Source: Bacteroidales bacterium (GTDB lineage: Bacteria > Bacteroidota > Bacteroidia > Bacteroidales > UBA932). From it: a stretch of 64,000 nucleotides of DNA. Positions 37,725 through 46,849 of this stretch are shown here, piece after piece. Each line of letters opens with the position of its first letter. Positions within the stretch are counted from its first letter, which is position 1. The notes beneath the pieces were generated by a model that was not told the origin of the DNA, searched no databases, and saw only the letters and a list, made by a program, of their open reading frames with translations. The stretch is from positions 3,618-67,617 of the forward strand of contig JAFZBF010000032.1 in NCBI GenBank assembly GCA_017561885.1, in the 5' to 3' direction. Both the position numbers and the translations under genes were made by a program.

Positions 37725-39383
37725 ATGAAAAACATTACACGGATTATCCTTATCACTCTCCTCCTGCTGCCTGTTACAGCAACTGTGGCCAACGCCCAGC
37801 TTTTCCAGCGCGGAAAGTATCAGGATTCGGTATCGATGCTGAAGATGAAACTGGATTCCCTGCAGGCTGCGTATGACGACCTGTATACGCTTACAGTCGA
37901 AGGGGAACCTATCGAAATGACGAACGACGAAGACGAATTTGCAGTCGACGATCCTTACGCTGAAGAATATCACAACACTGATTCCCTGCTTTCTGTATGG
38001 TACGTCGAGCACGATATGAGCACCTTCGATTTCGAACTGCCCAATGTCGACGACATCGTCCTGCAGTCCGACATTCCTGACGAGGTGATCATCGAAAGGC
38101 TCAACAAGATGAATTCGTTCGTAAAGATTCCGTACAATCCGGTGATCCGCAACTATATCATCCAGTATACCCAGAAGATGCCGAACAGGATAGGCAACAT
38201 CATCGGTCTTGCGCGCTACTGGATGCCTCAGTTCGAGGATGTATTCATGGAGTACGACCTTCCGCAGGAACTCAAGGCTCTGGCCGTAGTCGAGTCCGCT
38301 CTCAACACACGCGCCGTGTCCCGCGCGAAAGCCAAGGGTATGTGGCAGTTCATTGCTACAACGGCACGTCATTACAACCTCGAGATGACCTCATACGTGG
38401 ACGAGCGTTTCGATCCTATCAAATCGTGCCGTGCGGCAGCCCAGTATCTGCGTGACGCGTATGACATCTTCGGAGACTGGAGCCTGGCCATCGCTTCGTA
38501 CAACTGCGGTTCCGGCAACGTCAACAAGGCTATCCGCCGCAGCGGAGGCGGAAAGGATTTCTGGGACGTGTACAACTATCTGCCCCGCGAGACCCGCGGT
38601 TACGTGCCTGCCTTCGTGGCTGCACTGTACGTGTTGACATATTATCCGGAGCACAATATAGTGCCTACGCCGGTCAGCCTGCCTGCCCACGTGGATACCT
38701 TCATGGTCAACCGCAACCTTCACTTCGGACAGATCAGCGAGAACATCGGCGTGAGCATGGAGGAGCTCAGGGATATGAACCCTCAGTATCTCTATGACAT
38801 CATTCCCGGCGACACTCACGAATACCAGCTCAGGATTCCGTACAACTACACCCTGGCTTTCGTGGACAAGGAGAAAGATATCTACGGATACAAGGATACC
38901 CTGTATTTCAGCCCTGTCAAGATGAAACAGATCCAGAACGGCACTGTGGCTTCAACTGCTGCAGGCAGCGGCGGATACACGACATATATGGTGAAGAAGG
39001 GCGACACCCTCGGTGGCATTGCGCGCAAGTACGGCACGACCGTGAATAACATAAAGAGCTGGAACAACCTGCGCAGCAACACCATCAAGATAGGTCAGAG
39101 GCTCCGCATCTACGGCAAGGGCTCGGCCCCTGCAGCGTCTTCTACGACATCTTCTTCAACTGCTTCATCGTCATCTTCTTCGTCTTCGAGTTCGTCCGGC
39201 TCGACGGTGGCTACGACCAGCTCCGGCGGATATGTGACGTATACTGTCAAAAAGGGTGATACTCTCTGGGAGATTTCCAACAAGTTCGACGGTGTGACCT
39301 TGCATGATATTCTGACGATAAACGGATTCACCAAGAATACCAAGATTTATCCCGGAATGAAAATCAAGATAAAACCGCAATAA
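37725..39383 (+). CDS. Lytic murein transglycosylase (SLT domain, MltD-like) with two C-terminal LysM domains separated by a poly-Ser/Thr linker
   Basis: SLT catalytic block VESALNTRAVSRAKAKGMWQF..AIASYNCGSGNV. Two LysM repeats (YMVKKGDTLGGIARKYG..., YTVKKGDTLWEISNKF...). Linker ASSTTSSSTASSSSSSSSSSSGS. Confidence 0.88.
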   Translation: MKNITRIILITLLLLPVTATVANAQLFQRGKYQDSVSMLKMKLDSLQAAYDDLYTLTVEGEPIEMTNDEDEFAVDDPYAEEYHNTDSLLSVWYVEHDMSTFDFELPNVDDIVLQSDIPDEVIIERLNKMNSFVKIPYNPVIRNYIIQYTQKMPNRIGNIIGLARYWMPQFEDVFMEYDLPQELKALAVVESALNTRAVSRAKAKGMWQFIATTARHYNLEMTSYVDERFDPIKSCRAAAQYLRDAYDIFGDWSLAIASYNCGSGNVNKAIRRSGGGKDFWDVYNYLPRETRGYVPAFVAALYVLTYYPEHNIVPTPVSLPAHVDTFMVNRNLHFGQISENIGVSMEELRDMNPQYLYDIIPGDTHEYQLRIPYNYTLAFVDKEKDIYGYKDTLYFSPVKMKQIQNGTVASTAAGSGGYTTYMVKKGDTLGGIARKYGTTVNNIKSWNNLRSNTIKIGQRLRIYGKGSAPAASSTTSSSTASSSSSSSSSSSGSTVATTSSGGYVTYTVKKGDTLWEISNKFDGVTLHDILTINGFTKNTKIYPGMKIKIKPQ

Positions 39384-39433
39384 TTTTTTGGTGTTTTCCA
39401 TTTAAGTCCTATATTTGCAGCTCCCAAACCAAA

Positions 39434-39506
<73 letters not shown>

Positions 39507-39511
39507 CAAAC

Positions 39512-39545
39512 AGAAAGACCCACGATTCGCGGGTCTTTCTGTTTG
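39512..39545 (+). terminator. Stem-loop terminator after tRNA-Phe
   Basis: AGAAAGACCC (39512..39521) pairs perfectly with GGGTCTTTCT (39531..39540) across a 9-nt loop. A GTTTG tail follows. Confidence 0.6.
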
Positions 39546-39815
39546 TGGTGCCTGCAGGCACCGAGTTACTAGGGGGCCAGACCCCCTAAGACCCCTGCGG
39601 CGCAAGGCGCCGAAGTATTGCACGATTCGCCTTCCTTTTTTAGTGGCGTCACCTGATGTGGCTGCTTTTTCTGAGCTGGCAAGACGGCGAGTCGGCAGAA
39701 TGCCGCAAGGCAACATTGTGCCCCGAATAAATTCGCGGTTGCCCTAGGCATTGCTGCCGCTAGCCTCTGCCGTCCACAAAAAGGGACCGAAACGTGGACG
39801 GCGTGCAGCGCGACG

Positions 39816-40685
39816 GTGATAAAGGATGCCGGAGACGATCCCGACGTGACGAACGGCCGCGAAATCGTAGCCGCCGTAGCATTCAGCGAAGAGCCTGGCA
39901 TCCATTTCTTGCAGGGCGAAGGAGTCGGACGAGTGACGCTGCCGGGCCTTGGCTTGCCGATCGGCGGACCGGCCATCAACAAAGTGCCCAGGCAGATGAT
40001 GGAGCAGGAACTGACAGCCCTCTACGACGGCGGTCTGGACGTAACTATATCGGTGCCTGGCGGAAGAGAGCTGGCGCAGCGCACATTCAATCCCAAACTG
40101 GGAATCGTGGACGGCATCTCGATAATCGGAACGTCCGGAATAGTTCAGCCCTTCTCGAACGAAGCTTTCGTGGAGGCGGTAAGGCGTGAAATAGAGGTCG
40201 CCGTGGCAGTCGGAACCCCCGTGCTCGTCATCAACTCGGGGGCCAAGAGCGAGGCTTTCCTGAAAGCCCGTTATCCAGACCTGCCGGCACAGGCCTTCGT
40301 CCACTATGGCAATTTCATAGGAGAAACACTCGGAATTGCAGCTGATATGAAGATTCCGGAAGTGGTTATGGGAATAATGCTCGGAAAGGCAGTCAAACTG
40401 GCCGAAGGACATCTCGACACGCACAGCAGGAGCGTGGTGATGAACAAGGCATTCCTTAAGGAAGTCGCCGCAGAGGCAGGCTGCTCTCAGGCGGCGGCCG
40501 AAGCCATAGACTCTCTCACCTTGGCCCGCGAGCTGTGGAAAGGCCTTCCCGAGACCGATGCGAAAAAGTTCTTCGGAGCCATCCACAGACGCTGCGAGGC
40601 CGCCTGCGCCACCGTATATCCGGCATCTGACGCTCAAGGCAGCCTCACGGTTCTTCTCCTCGATGAGGAGGGCAATACGCTATAG
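39816..40685 (+). pseudogene. cbiD: Cobalt-precorrin-5B C1-methyltransferase CbiD homologue lacking the N-terminal ~70 residues (truncated gene or remnant; GTG is the only in-frame start)
   Basis: KDAGDDPDVTNG, GEGVGRVTLPGLGLPIGGPAINKVPRQMM, FNPKLGIVDGISIIGTSGIVQPFS and HLDTHS blocks are collinear with CbiD. The family N-terminus with the GYTTG(S/T)CA motif is absent. An in-frame TGA lies at 39672..39674, and the other two frames upstream also carry stops. Confidence 0.6.
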
Positions 40686-41210
40686 TTCAATACGTACAAT
40701 TCCCCCATAGGGCGGGAGCGCAGCGAATCCCTCGTCGGGATTGACGAGGCCGGCGTGTATCAGGGCCGATACCAGCACTCCTCCGTGGGCGAACACCACC
40801 ACCCGCCTGTACGGCTTGAGGCGAAGTTCCTCCAGGAAGTCGCTGACCCTGAGGTACTGCATCATAAAAGACTCTCCTCCTGTCACAGGGGTGTTGATGT
40901 GGTCGGCGAACCACTCCTGCAGGTGCGGGTCGTCGATCTCGTCGAAAAGTTTCATCTCCCATTCTCCAAAGTCTATCTCGAGGATGCGGCGGTCACGCAC
41001 GGCGTGGGGATATCCGCAGTATTCCGCAAGACGCGTGCAGCGGGAGAGGGGACTGGTATAAGCAAAGTCCACAGGACCGTATTCCTCCAGTGCGGCTTTC
41101 GTGACAGCAGCTTCTTGTTCGAAACTGTCTTTCAACGGCACGTCGGTCTGGCCGTAACAGGTTCCGGCTGGTACGTCGACGGAGGTATGACGGATGAGAA
41201 TGATTTCCAT
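40680..41210 (-). CDS. Histidine phosphatase family protein (alpha-ribazole phosphatase CobC-like)
   Basis: MEIILIRHTSVDVPAGTCYGQTDVPL (RH catalytic motif), a later FAHGGV His motif, 176 aa. It converges on cbiD with a 6-nt overlap. Confidence 0.7.
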   Translation of the reverse strand: MEIILIRHTSVDVPAGTCYGQTDVPLKDSFEQEAAVTKAALEEYGPVDFAYTSPLSRCTRLAEYCGYPHAVRDRRILEIDFGEWEMKLFDEIDDPHLQEWFADHINTPVTGGESFMMQYLRVSDFLEELRLKPYRRVVVFAHGGVLVSALIHAGLVNPDEGFAALPPYGGIVRIEL

Positions 41211-41228
41211 TGTATGATGCGCCGGAAG

Positions 41229-41843
41229 TTACCGTATGAAATGCATCGGGTCCCAGGGTTCGTTGGAGCCGGGAGCCGGATGGGCGTCGGTGGCCTTCAG
41301 GAGGGCGGCGAGATTATTCGCGAGAGTGCGCATGGTCTGCATGCCCTCGGTGTCGAGCGCAGCCTGGCCGGCCTCACGCCCATAGACAATGTTCCAGTAC
41401 TGCGACGACACGATCGGCATGTTCAGCATCTGGAAAGGCATGGTGAGCGTCTGGAACGCGGCAGTCGCACCGCCCCGGCGGCAGACGGCGACAGCAGTCG
41501 CAGGTTTTCCCCGGAAAGCATCACCGTTGGAGTAGAGCATACGCTGCAAAACGGCAAGCAGCGCGCCGTTGGGCTGGCCGTAATAGACAGGCGAACCTAC
41601 TACAAGCGCGTCAGCACCGTCCATCTTCTCGGAAATGGAATTGCAGACATCGTCGCCGAAGGTGCAGGCTCCCGGATCAAGTTTGCAGCGGCCGCATCCG
41701 ATGCAGCCCCGAACGGGCTTGTTCCCGATCCAGACAATCTCGCTTTCTATGCCGAGCTTCTCCAGTTGCCCCGCTATCTCGGCAAGCGCAACCGAAGTAT
41801 TGCCCTTCAGACGGGGGCTTCCGTTGATCAGCAGAACTTTCAT
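41229..41843 (-). CDS. Flavodoxin-like fold NAD(P)H-dependent FMN reductase / iron-sulfur flavoprotein family
   Basis: MKVLLINGSPRLKGNTS N-terminus, cysteine cluster GCIGCGRCKLDPGAC, and VVGSPVYYG. Confidence 0.72.
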   Translation of the reverse strand: MKVLLINGSPRLKGNTSVALAEIAGQLEKLGIESEIVWIGNKPVRGCIGCGRCKLDPGACTFGDDVCNSISEKMDGADALVVGSPVYYGQPNGALLAVLQRMLYSNGDAFRGKPATAVAVCRRGGATAAFQTLTMPFQMLNMPIVSSQYWNIVYGREAGQAALDTEGMQTMRTLANNLAALLKATDAHPAPGSNEPWDPMHFIR

Positions 41844-41844
41844 A

Positions 41845-42489
41845 TCAGTCCACGAACTTGATCTTGCCCAGATCCCTCGGCTTTGCGGCAGGATCCTCGG
41901 CCGGATAGCCGAGACCGATGATTATGCGGAGCTTGTAGCCTTCGCTGAAGTTCAGCTTGTCAAGATAAGGCTTTGCGGCAGGCGAGCTGGTAAGACTCAT
42001 CACGGGGCCGGCCATAACTACAGAACCAAGGCCGAGAGATTTGGCGGCCAGGCAGACATTCTCTCCGAGCAGGCCGACATTGATGAGAGCCATCCCCGAA
42101 GGATCGTCGGGGCAGGCTACGGCGATAGCCGCAGTGGCATTGCGGAAAGCATTGCGGAAATTGGGGTCGTTGGCGTCACCTCCGAACATACCTCCCTGCA
42201 TGGCTTCAGTGGCACCGTTGAACCATTCGGCATCGTCAATGATGCGCACCTCCCAGTTCTGGCTGTTCATGGCATTGGGCGCATTCACGCCGCATACGGC
42301 AATCTGCTGCAGCAGGTCGCGAGGCACAGCCTGGTCAGTGTACTGACGGACCGAACGGCGGGCCATGATGGTTTCGATAACTTGATTACCCATATCAGAA
42401 GATTCAGTTGTTTTGTTGCTTACGATTACGCACCCGGTGGCAGACAGCATGGCAGCGACCAGTGCAATGGTAAAAATGGACCTTTTCAT
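41845..42489 (-). CDS. Nitroreductase family protein with an N-terminal lipoprotein-type signal peptide
   Basis: IMARRSVRQYTDQAVP and NAPNAMNSQNWEVRII nitroreductase blocks. The ATG at 42489 gives MKRSIFTIALVAAMLSATGCVIV (lipobox). Its stop lies 1 nt from the start of the flavodoxin-like gene. Confidence 0.7.
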   Translation of the reverse strand: MKRSIFTIALVAAMLSATGCVIVSNKTTESSDMGNQVIETIMARRSVRQYTDQAVPRDLLQQIAVCGVNAPNAMNSQNWEVRIIDDAEWFNGATEAMQGGMFGGDANDPNFRNAFRNATAAIAVACPDDPSGMALINVGLLGENVCLAAKSLGLGSVVMAGPVMSLTSSPAAKPYLDKLNFSEGYKLRIIIGLGYPAEDPAAKPRDLGKIKFVD

Positions 42490-42586
42490 ATAAAAACAGT
42501 TTTGTTGCAATTTACTCAAATTAACGGGAACCACCACCTTTTATTGTGATTTTTCAGCTACCTTTAGCCTTCCAAATAATGTAGAG

Positions 42587-43315
42587 ATGGGTAATCGATA
42601 TGAATATGTGATACCGGCTCACGACGTCGACGGAAAGATGCATTTCAGGCTCGTGGCCCTGCAGCGCGCCTTGCTGGCTGCGTCCGGCAAGGATGCCGAC
42701 AGGCACGGCTTCGGCTCGCTGAACCTCATCGGCGGAGAAGGCATCTCCTGGGTGCTGCTGAAGTTCGCCGCCGACATAAGGAAACTTCCGGCAGAACAGG
42801 ATAAAGTTACCATAGAAACCTGGGTGGAAGGCGTCAACAGGCTGCTCACCACCAGGAACTTCATAATGCGCGACGAAGCAGGGGGGATTCTCTGCACGGC
42901 CTCGACGGAATGGGCCATAATCGACCTCAAGACCCGCAGGCCAGTGAATGTGATCCGCGACACCAACATCGCCGACTATGCCACCGGAGAGAAGGTATCC
43001 GCGGAACTTCCCGGCAAACTGCCGCAGGCAGCCGGAACAGACATATACCGGCACAAGGTCGTATACAGCGACATAGACTATAACGGGCACACCAACAGTA
43101 TGCAGTATGTCCAATGGATAATGGATTCATATCCCGTGGACAAGGTCTATGACAGGCTGGTAGAACGCTTCGAGATCGTCTACTCGCGCGAAGCTGTCTA
43201 TGGCGAGGACATAGAGGTATGTTACGAAGACGTAGAGGACGATGTCACTCTGTTCTCTGTCAATTCGGCCTCGGGCCAGAATTTCGTGACAGCCAGAATC
43301 AAGTGGAAGGCATAA
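42587..43315 (+). CDS. Acyl-ACP thioesterase family protein
   Basis: 242 aa with double hotdog-type length. Blocks YEYVIPAHDVDGKMHFRL and VVYSDIDYNGHTNSMQYVQW are typical of FatA/B-like bacterial thioesterases. Confidence 0.7.
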   Translation: MGNRYEYVIPAHDVDGKMHFRLVALQRALLAASGKDADRHGFGSLNLIGGEGISWVLLKFAADIRKLPAEQDKVTIETWVEGVNRLLTTRNFIMRDEAGGILCTASTEWAIIDLKTRRPVNVIRDTNIADYATGEKVSAELPGKLPQAAGTDIYRHKVVYSDIDYNGHTNSMQYVQWIMDSYPVDKVYDRLVERFEIVYSREAVYGEDIEVCYEDVEDDVTLFSVNSASGQNFVTARIKWKA

Positions 43316-43325
43316 CCCTGCAGCT

Positions 43326-44810
43326 ATGGAATCCTTCTACGACCTGTTCAAGGCGGCCTCTGTCCGCTATCCGGCGTCTGCGATACATTTTCCCGACGAG
43401 GGAAAACATTTCTCGTATGCAGAATTCCTGGCCGGGGTGGATGCCTGTGCCGGCGAACTGACTGCCCGGGGAATAGACCGCGGCGACAGAGTCGCTCTGT
43501 TCGGACAGAATACGTCGTACTGGATGCAACACTTTTTCGCCCTGTTCAAGATCGGGGCGGTCGCCGTGCCGATAAGCGCAAAATCCGTAGAAGAGGATAT
43601 AAGATACATCATCGATACTGCCGGTGTCAAGCTTCTGCTCCGTCTGGATGACGGTCCTAAATATGTTGTCTGTCCGCCCGTCCGCCGTCCCGGACCGGAC
43701 AGGTCTGATCCTGCGACCGGCGACCTGCAGCTGATAATGTTCACTTCCGGCACCACGGCCAACCCGAAAGGCGTGATGCACACGGCTGGAAGCCTGCGCA
43801 ACTCCGCTTTCGACTATATGCGGACAATCAGGCTGGATGAAAGAGACGTGATGCTGCTGAACCTGCCGATCAGCCATTGCTACGGCTGCGTGCTCAACTG
43901 CTGCTCTTTCTTCCTTGCAGGAGCTTCAATGGTGGTGAGCCGGAGCTACACCCCGAGAGGAACCCTTAGGCTGATAGAGAAATACCGCTGCACGGTGCTC
44001 AATATGGTGCCTACGATGTACCAGCTGCTGTTTACTTCAGAACTGACAGGGCGATATGACTTGTCGAGCGTCAGGAAAGCCGTTGTCGGCGGTTCCTACA
44101 CTTCGCAGGAACTGGTGGACAGTATGGGCGGGGCGTTCGGACCGCAGAGCGTGCTGTGCGGCTATGGGATGACGGAATGCGCAAGCTGGGCGATTGCCCA
44201 GAGTTTCGACGATCCGGCATCAGAACGTGGCAATTCGGCAGGAAAGCCAGTGGGCAATATGGAAGCCCGCATTGCTCCTGGATATGATTTGTTCGAGGAC
44301 GGAATACAGGAGGGGGAACTTTGCCTGCGTGGCAAAGGAATGATGAAAGGATATCTGGATGATGCGATGACAGCTGCATCCTACGATGAAGAAGGCTGGT
44401 TCCACACCGGTGACGTTGCAAGACGTGACGCCGCGGGAAGGTACTGGATTGTGGACAGATGCAAGGATATGATCATCAAAGGCGGCGACAATATTTCTCC
44501 CAAGCACGTGGAACTGGTTCTGGACGGCTTCAGAGGTATTGAAGGGTCTCAGGTGGTGGGAATTCCTGATGCAGTCTACGGAGAGAGGATAGTGGCTGTA
44601 CTTACGCGAAGCCAGGCGGAGAAGACGGATCTCAAGGCACTTGTCCCGTATCTGACACTCAGGCTTGCCCGCAACAGACGGCCGGATTTCTTCGTAGCTT
44701 TGGATGAAATACCGGTGACAGGTGTAGGCAAAGTCAACAAACAGGCCATACGCAAGCTTGTCGGCTCACATATGGACGATCTTCAGCGCAACAGGATAAA
44801 CTACCTCTAG
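43326..44810 (+). CDS. AMP-dependent synthetase/ligase (acyl-CoA synthetase-like adenylate-forming enzyme)
   Basis: AMP-binding motifs MFTSGTTANPKGVMHT, GYGMTE, WFHTGDVARRD, and IVDRCKDMIIKGGDNISPKHVE. Confidence 0.88.
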   Translation: MESFYDLFKAASVRYPASAIHFPDEGKHFSYAEFLAGVDACAGELTARGIDRGDRVALFGQNTSYWMQHFFALFKIGAVAVPISAKSVEEDIRYIIDTAGVKLLLRLDDGPKYVVCPPVRRPGPDRSDPATGDLQLIMFTSGTTANPKGVMHTAGSLRNSAFDYMRTIRLDERDVMLLNLPISHCYGCVLNCCSFFLAGASMVVSRSYTPRGTLRLIEKYRCTVLNMVPTMYQLLFTSELTGRYDLSSVRKAVVGGSYTSQELVDSMGGAFGPQSVLCGYGMTECASWAIAQSFDDPASERGNSAGKPVGNMEARIAPGYDLFEDGIQEGELCLRGKGMMKGYLDDAMTAASYDEEGWFHTGDVARRDAAGRYWIVDRCKDMIIKGGDNISPKHVELVLDGFRGIEGSQVVGIPDAVYGERIVAVLTRSQAEKTDLKALVPYLTLRLARNRRPDFFVALDEIPVTGVGKVNKQAIRKLVGSHMDDLQRNRINYL

Positions 44811-46820
44811 ATGGACTCTGGCAGAATCAGCGTGGACGTGATACTTCCCCTCAGGCTGACGGGAGATGTGAGCTATTTCCTTCCGGAAGAGCTCCTGGAT
44901 TCTGTCGGTGTGGGAAGCTGGGTGTCCGTGACTTTCCACGGACGCCGCTATCTGGCCGTGGTGAGCCGCAAGGGAGATCTTCCGGCCGGCATCGATCCTG
45001 CCGCAGTCCACGAAGTGGATGAGGCCAAGGAAGAGCTGCCGGCAATCAGCAAGTCCCAGATGGATTTCTGGAAAAGCATTGCTTCTTACTACCTGTGCAC
45101 TATGGGCGAGGTGTTCAAGAGTGCCTGTCCCGCTCAGTTCTACAAGCAGGTGGAGAAGAAGCGCAGCCTGCGCAAGAAGCAGCCTAAGTATGAAAGCCAG
45201 TCTGATGCAGTCCTCTCGAAGGCACAGCAGAACGCGCTGGACGCTATAGAGACTTGCTTCGCCGCCGGAAAGAAGACCGTGCTGCTGGATGCGGTGACGG
45301 CGGCCGGCAAGACGGAGATCTATATGGCGCTGGCCCGCAAGACACTCGGCAAGGGCAGGGGAGTTCTCTACCTTGTGCCGGAGATCGCGATGTCCCGCCA
45401 GCTGGAGCAGCGCATCGGCTCCGTGTTCGGCGAGAAGCTGCTCATATGGCATTCCCGCCAGACTCCCGCAGTCCGCAAGGACATCTACGACAAGATAGTT
45501 TCCACTGAGGAACCTTATATAATGCTCGGCACCCGCTCGGCCCTGCTGCTGCCCCACGGCGACATTGGCCTGGTAGTGGTGGACGAAGAGCACGACGGTT
45601 CGTACAAGCAGACAGACCCGGCCCCGCGCTACCACGGCCGCGACCTGGCGGTGATGTTCGCCCAGTCGCATTCGGCCGTTACCCTTCTGGGCAGCGCCAC
45701 TCCTTCACTTGAGTCGGTGTACAATGCCCGCACCGGCAAATATGGCTTCGTGGAACTGAAAGAGAGGTACTTCGGTGAACCTGACGTCAAGACGGTGGTG
45801 ATCGATATGAACCGTGCCTGGGCAGCGCACGACGTCAAAGGTTCCTTCTCGATGAAGCTTGTGAACATGATGCAGGCGGCCCTTGACAGGAAGGAGCAGA
45901 TAATGGTGTTCCGTTCCAGGCGTTCATACTCGTCCTATGTCCAGTGCCCTCAGTGCGGCTCGGTGCCCAGATGCCCGTCCTGCAACGTTGCCTTGAGCTA
46001 TCACAAGTTCAAGAATATGCTGAGCTGCCATTATTGCGGATACCAGACCGCCTTCGAGTCTGTATGCGGCAATTGCGGCAATGACGGCCTGACCCTCCGC
46101 GGAGCAGGCACGGAGAAACTCGAAGAAGAGCTCCGGCAGCTGTTCCCGGATGCTGTCGTAGCACGCTTTGACGCCGATGTTACCGCATCTGCCCGGGAAG
46201 AGAAGAAAGTGCTGGACGGTTTCCGGAACGGCGACATCGACATAATGGTCGGAACCCAGATGATTACCAAGGGCTTCGACTTCGCTAACCTTACGCTGGT
46301 GGCGGTAATCAATGCCGACACGATTGTGAGCCTTCAGGATTTCCGATGCGACGAGAGGGCTCTCCAGCTGCTGGCCCAGCTCAAGGGCCGTGCGGCCAGG
46401 CGCGGCAGTGCAGGTAGTTTCGTCATCCAGACATACCAGAGCGACTATCCCGTGCTGAAAGATGCCGCCGCCGGCCGGTATGACTGCGATGTATTGCTGG
46501 AACAGCGCCGCATATTCTCGTTTCCTCCGTATGTGCGTCTGGTTTCCCTCACTGTCAGGGACAGATATGAGGGCCGCGTCTTCAGGATGGCCGACGAGAT
46601 CAAGGCGCGTCTGAAGAAGATGCCTGGCGTCGAGTTCATGGGACCTATGACTCCGGCCGTCAACAAGGTGCAGGGCTATTTCATTGCAGTCTTCTGGGTG
46701 AAGCTCCCCAAGAACGCTTCCGCCCGTACCGCTAAACAGCGCGTCGCCGCCCTCGTCGAAGAGATGCGCAGCTTCATGAAACCTGCCGTGGACATAGTCG
46801 TCGACGTCGACCCGTATTAG
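44811..46820 (+). CDS. priA: Primosomal replication-restart helicase PriA
   Basis: Walker A DAVTAAGKTEIY, DEEH box VVDEEHD, GSATPSLES, and the Cys-rich zinc region CPQCGSVPRCPSCNVALSYHKFKNMLSCHYCGYQTAFESVCGNCGN. The ATG immediately follows the upstream stop. Confidence 0.92.
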   Translation: MDSGRISVDVILPLRLTGDVSYFLPEELLDSVGVGSWVSVTFHGRRYLAVVSRKGDLPAGIDPAAVHEVDEAKEELPAISKSQMDFWKSIASYYLCTMGEVFKSACPAQFYKQVEKKRSLRKKQPKYESQSDAVLSKAQQNALDAIETCFAAGKKTVLLDAVTAAGKTEIYMALARKTLGKGRGVLYLVPEIAMSRQLEQRIGSVFGEKLLIWHSRQTPAVRKDIYDKIVSTEEPYIMLGTRSALLLPHGDIGLVVVDEEHDGSYKQTDPAPRYHGRDLAVMFAQSHSAVTLLGSATPSLESVYNARTGKYGFVELKERYFGEPDVKTVVIDMNRAWAAHDVKGSFSMKLVNMMQAALDRKEQIMVFRSRRSYSSYVQCPQCGSVPRCPSCNVALSYHKFKNMLSCHYCGYQTAFESVCGNCGNDGLTLRGAGTEKLEEELRQLFPDAVVARFDADVTASAREEKKVLDGFRNGDIDIMVGTQMITKGFDFANLTLVAVINADTIVSLQDFRCDERALQLLAQLKGRAARRGSAGSFVIQTYQSDYPVLKDAAAGRYDCDVLLEQRRIFSFPPYVRLVSLTVRDRYEGRVFRMADEIKARLKKMPGVEFMGPMTPAVNKVQGYFIAVFWVKLPKNASARTAKQRVAALVEEMRSFMKPAVDIVVDVDPY

Positions 46821-46849
46821 TCCGGATTTTTTAGTATTTTTGTCACGAT

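Noticed and set aside
39130-39215. Tandem-repeat-looking tct/tcg-rich DNA that resembles a microsatellite or array
   Set aside because: It is in frame within the lytic transglycosylase gene and encodes the poly-Ser/Thr linker between the two LysM domains. It is not a CRISPR array or a non-coding repeat.
39541-39815. Possible cobalamin riboswitch upstream of cbiD
   Set aside because: I could not find the conserved core elements on either strand: the GGGAA...GGTGAAAATCC region, the GCCACTG element, or a B12 box of the AGYCMGGAGACCKGCC type. Only generic hairpins are present. An Infernal scan would settle the question.
40755-42549. Two long plus-strand ORFs (40755..41861, 368 aa; 41635..42549, 304 aa)
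   Set aside because: They are antisense to the CobC-like phosphatase, flavodoxin-like and nitroreductase genes, all of which have recognisable catalytic motifs. The plus-strand products are rich in Arg, Gly, Ala, His and Val with no motifs.
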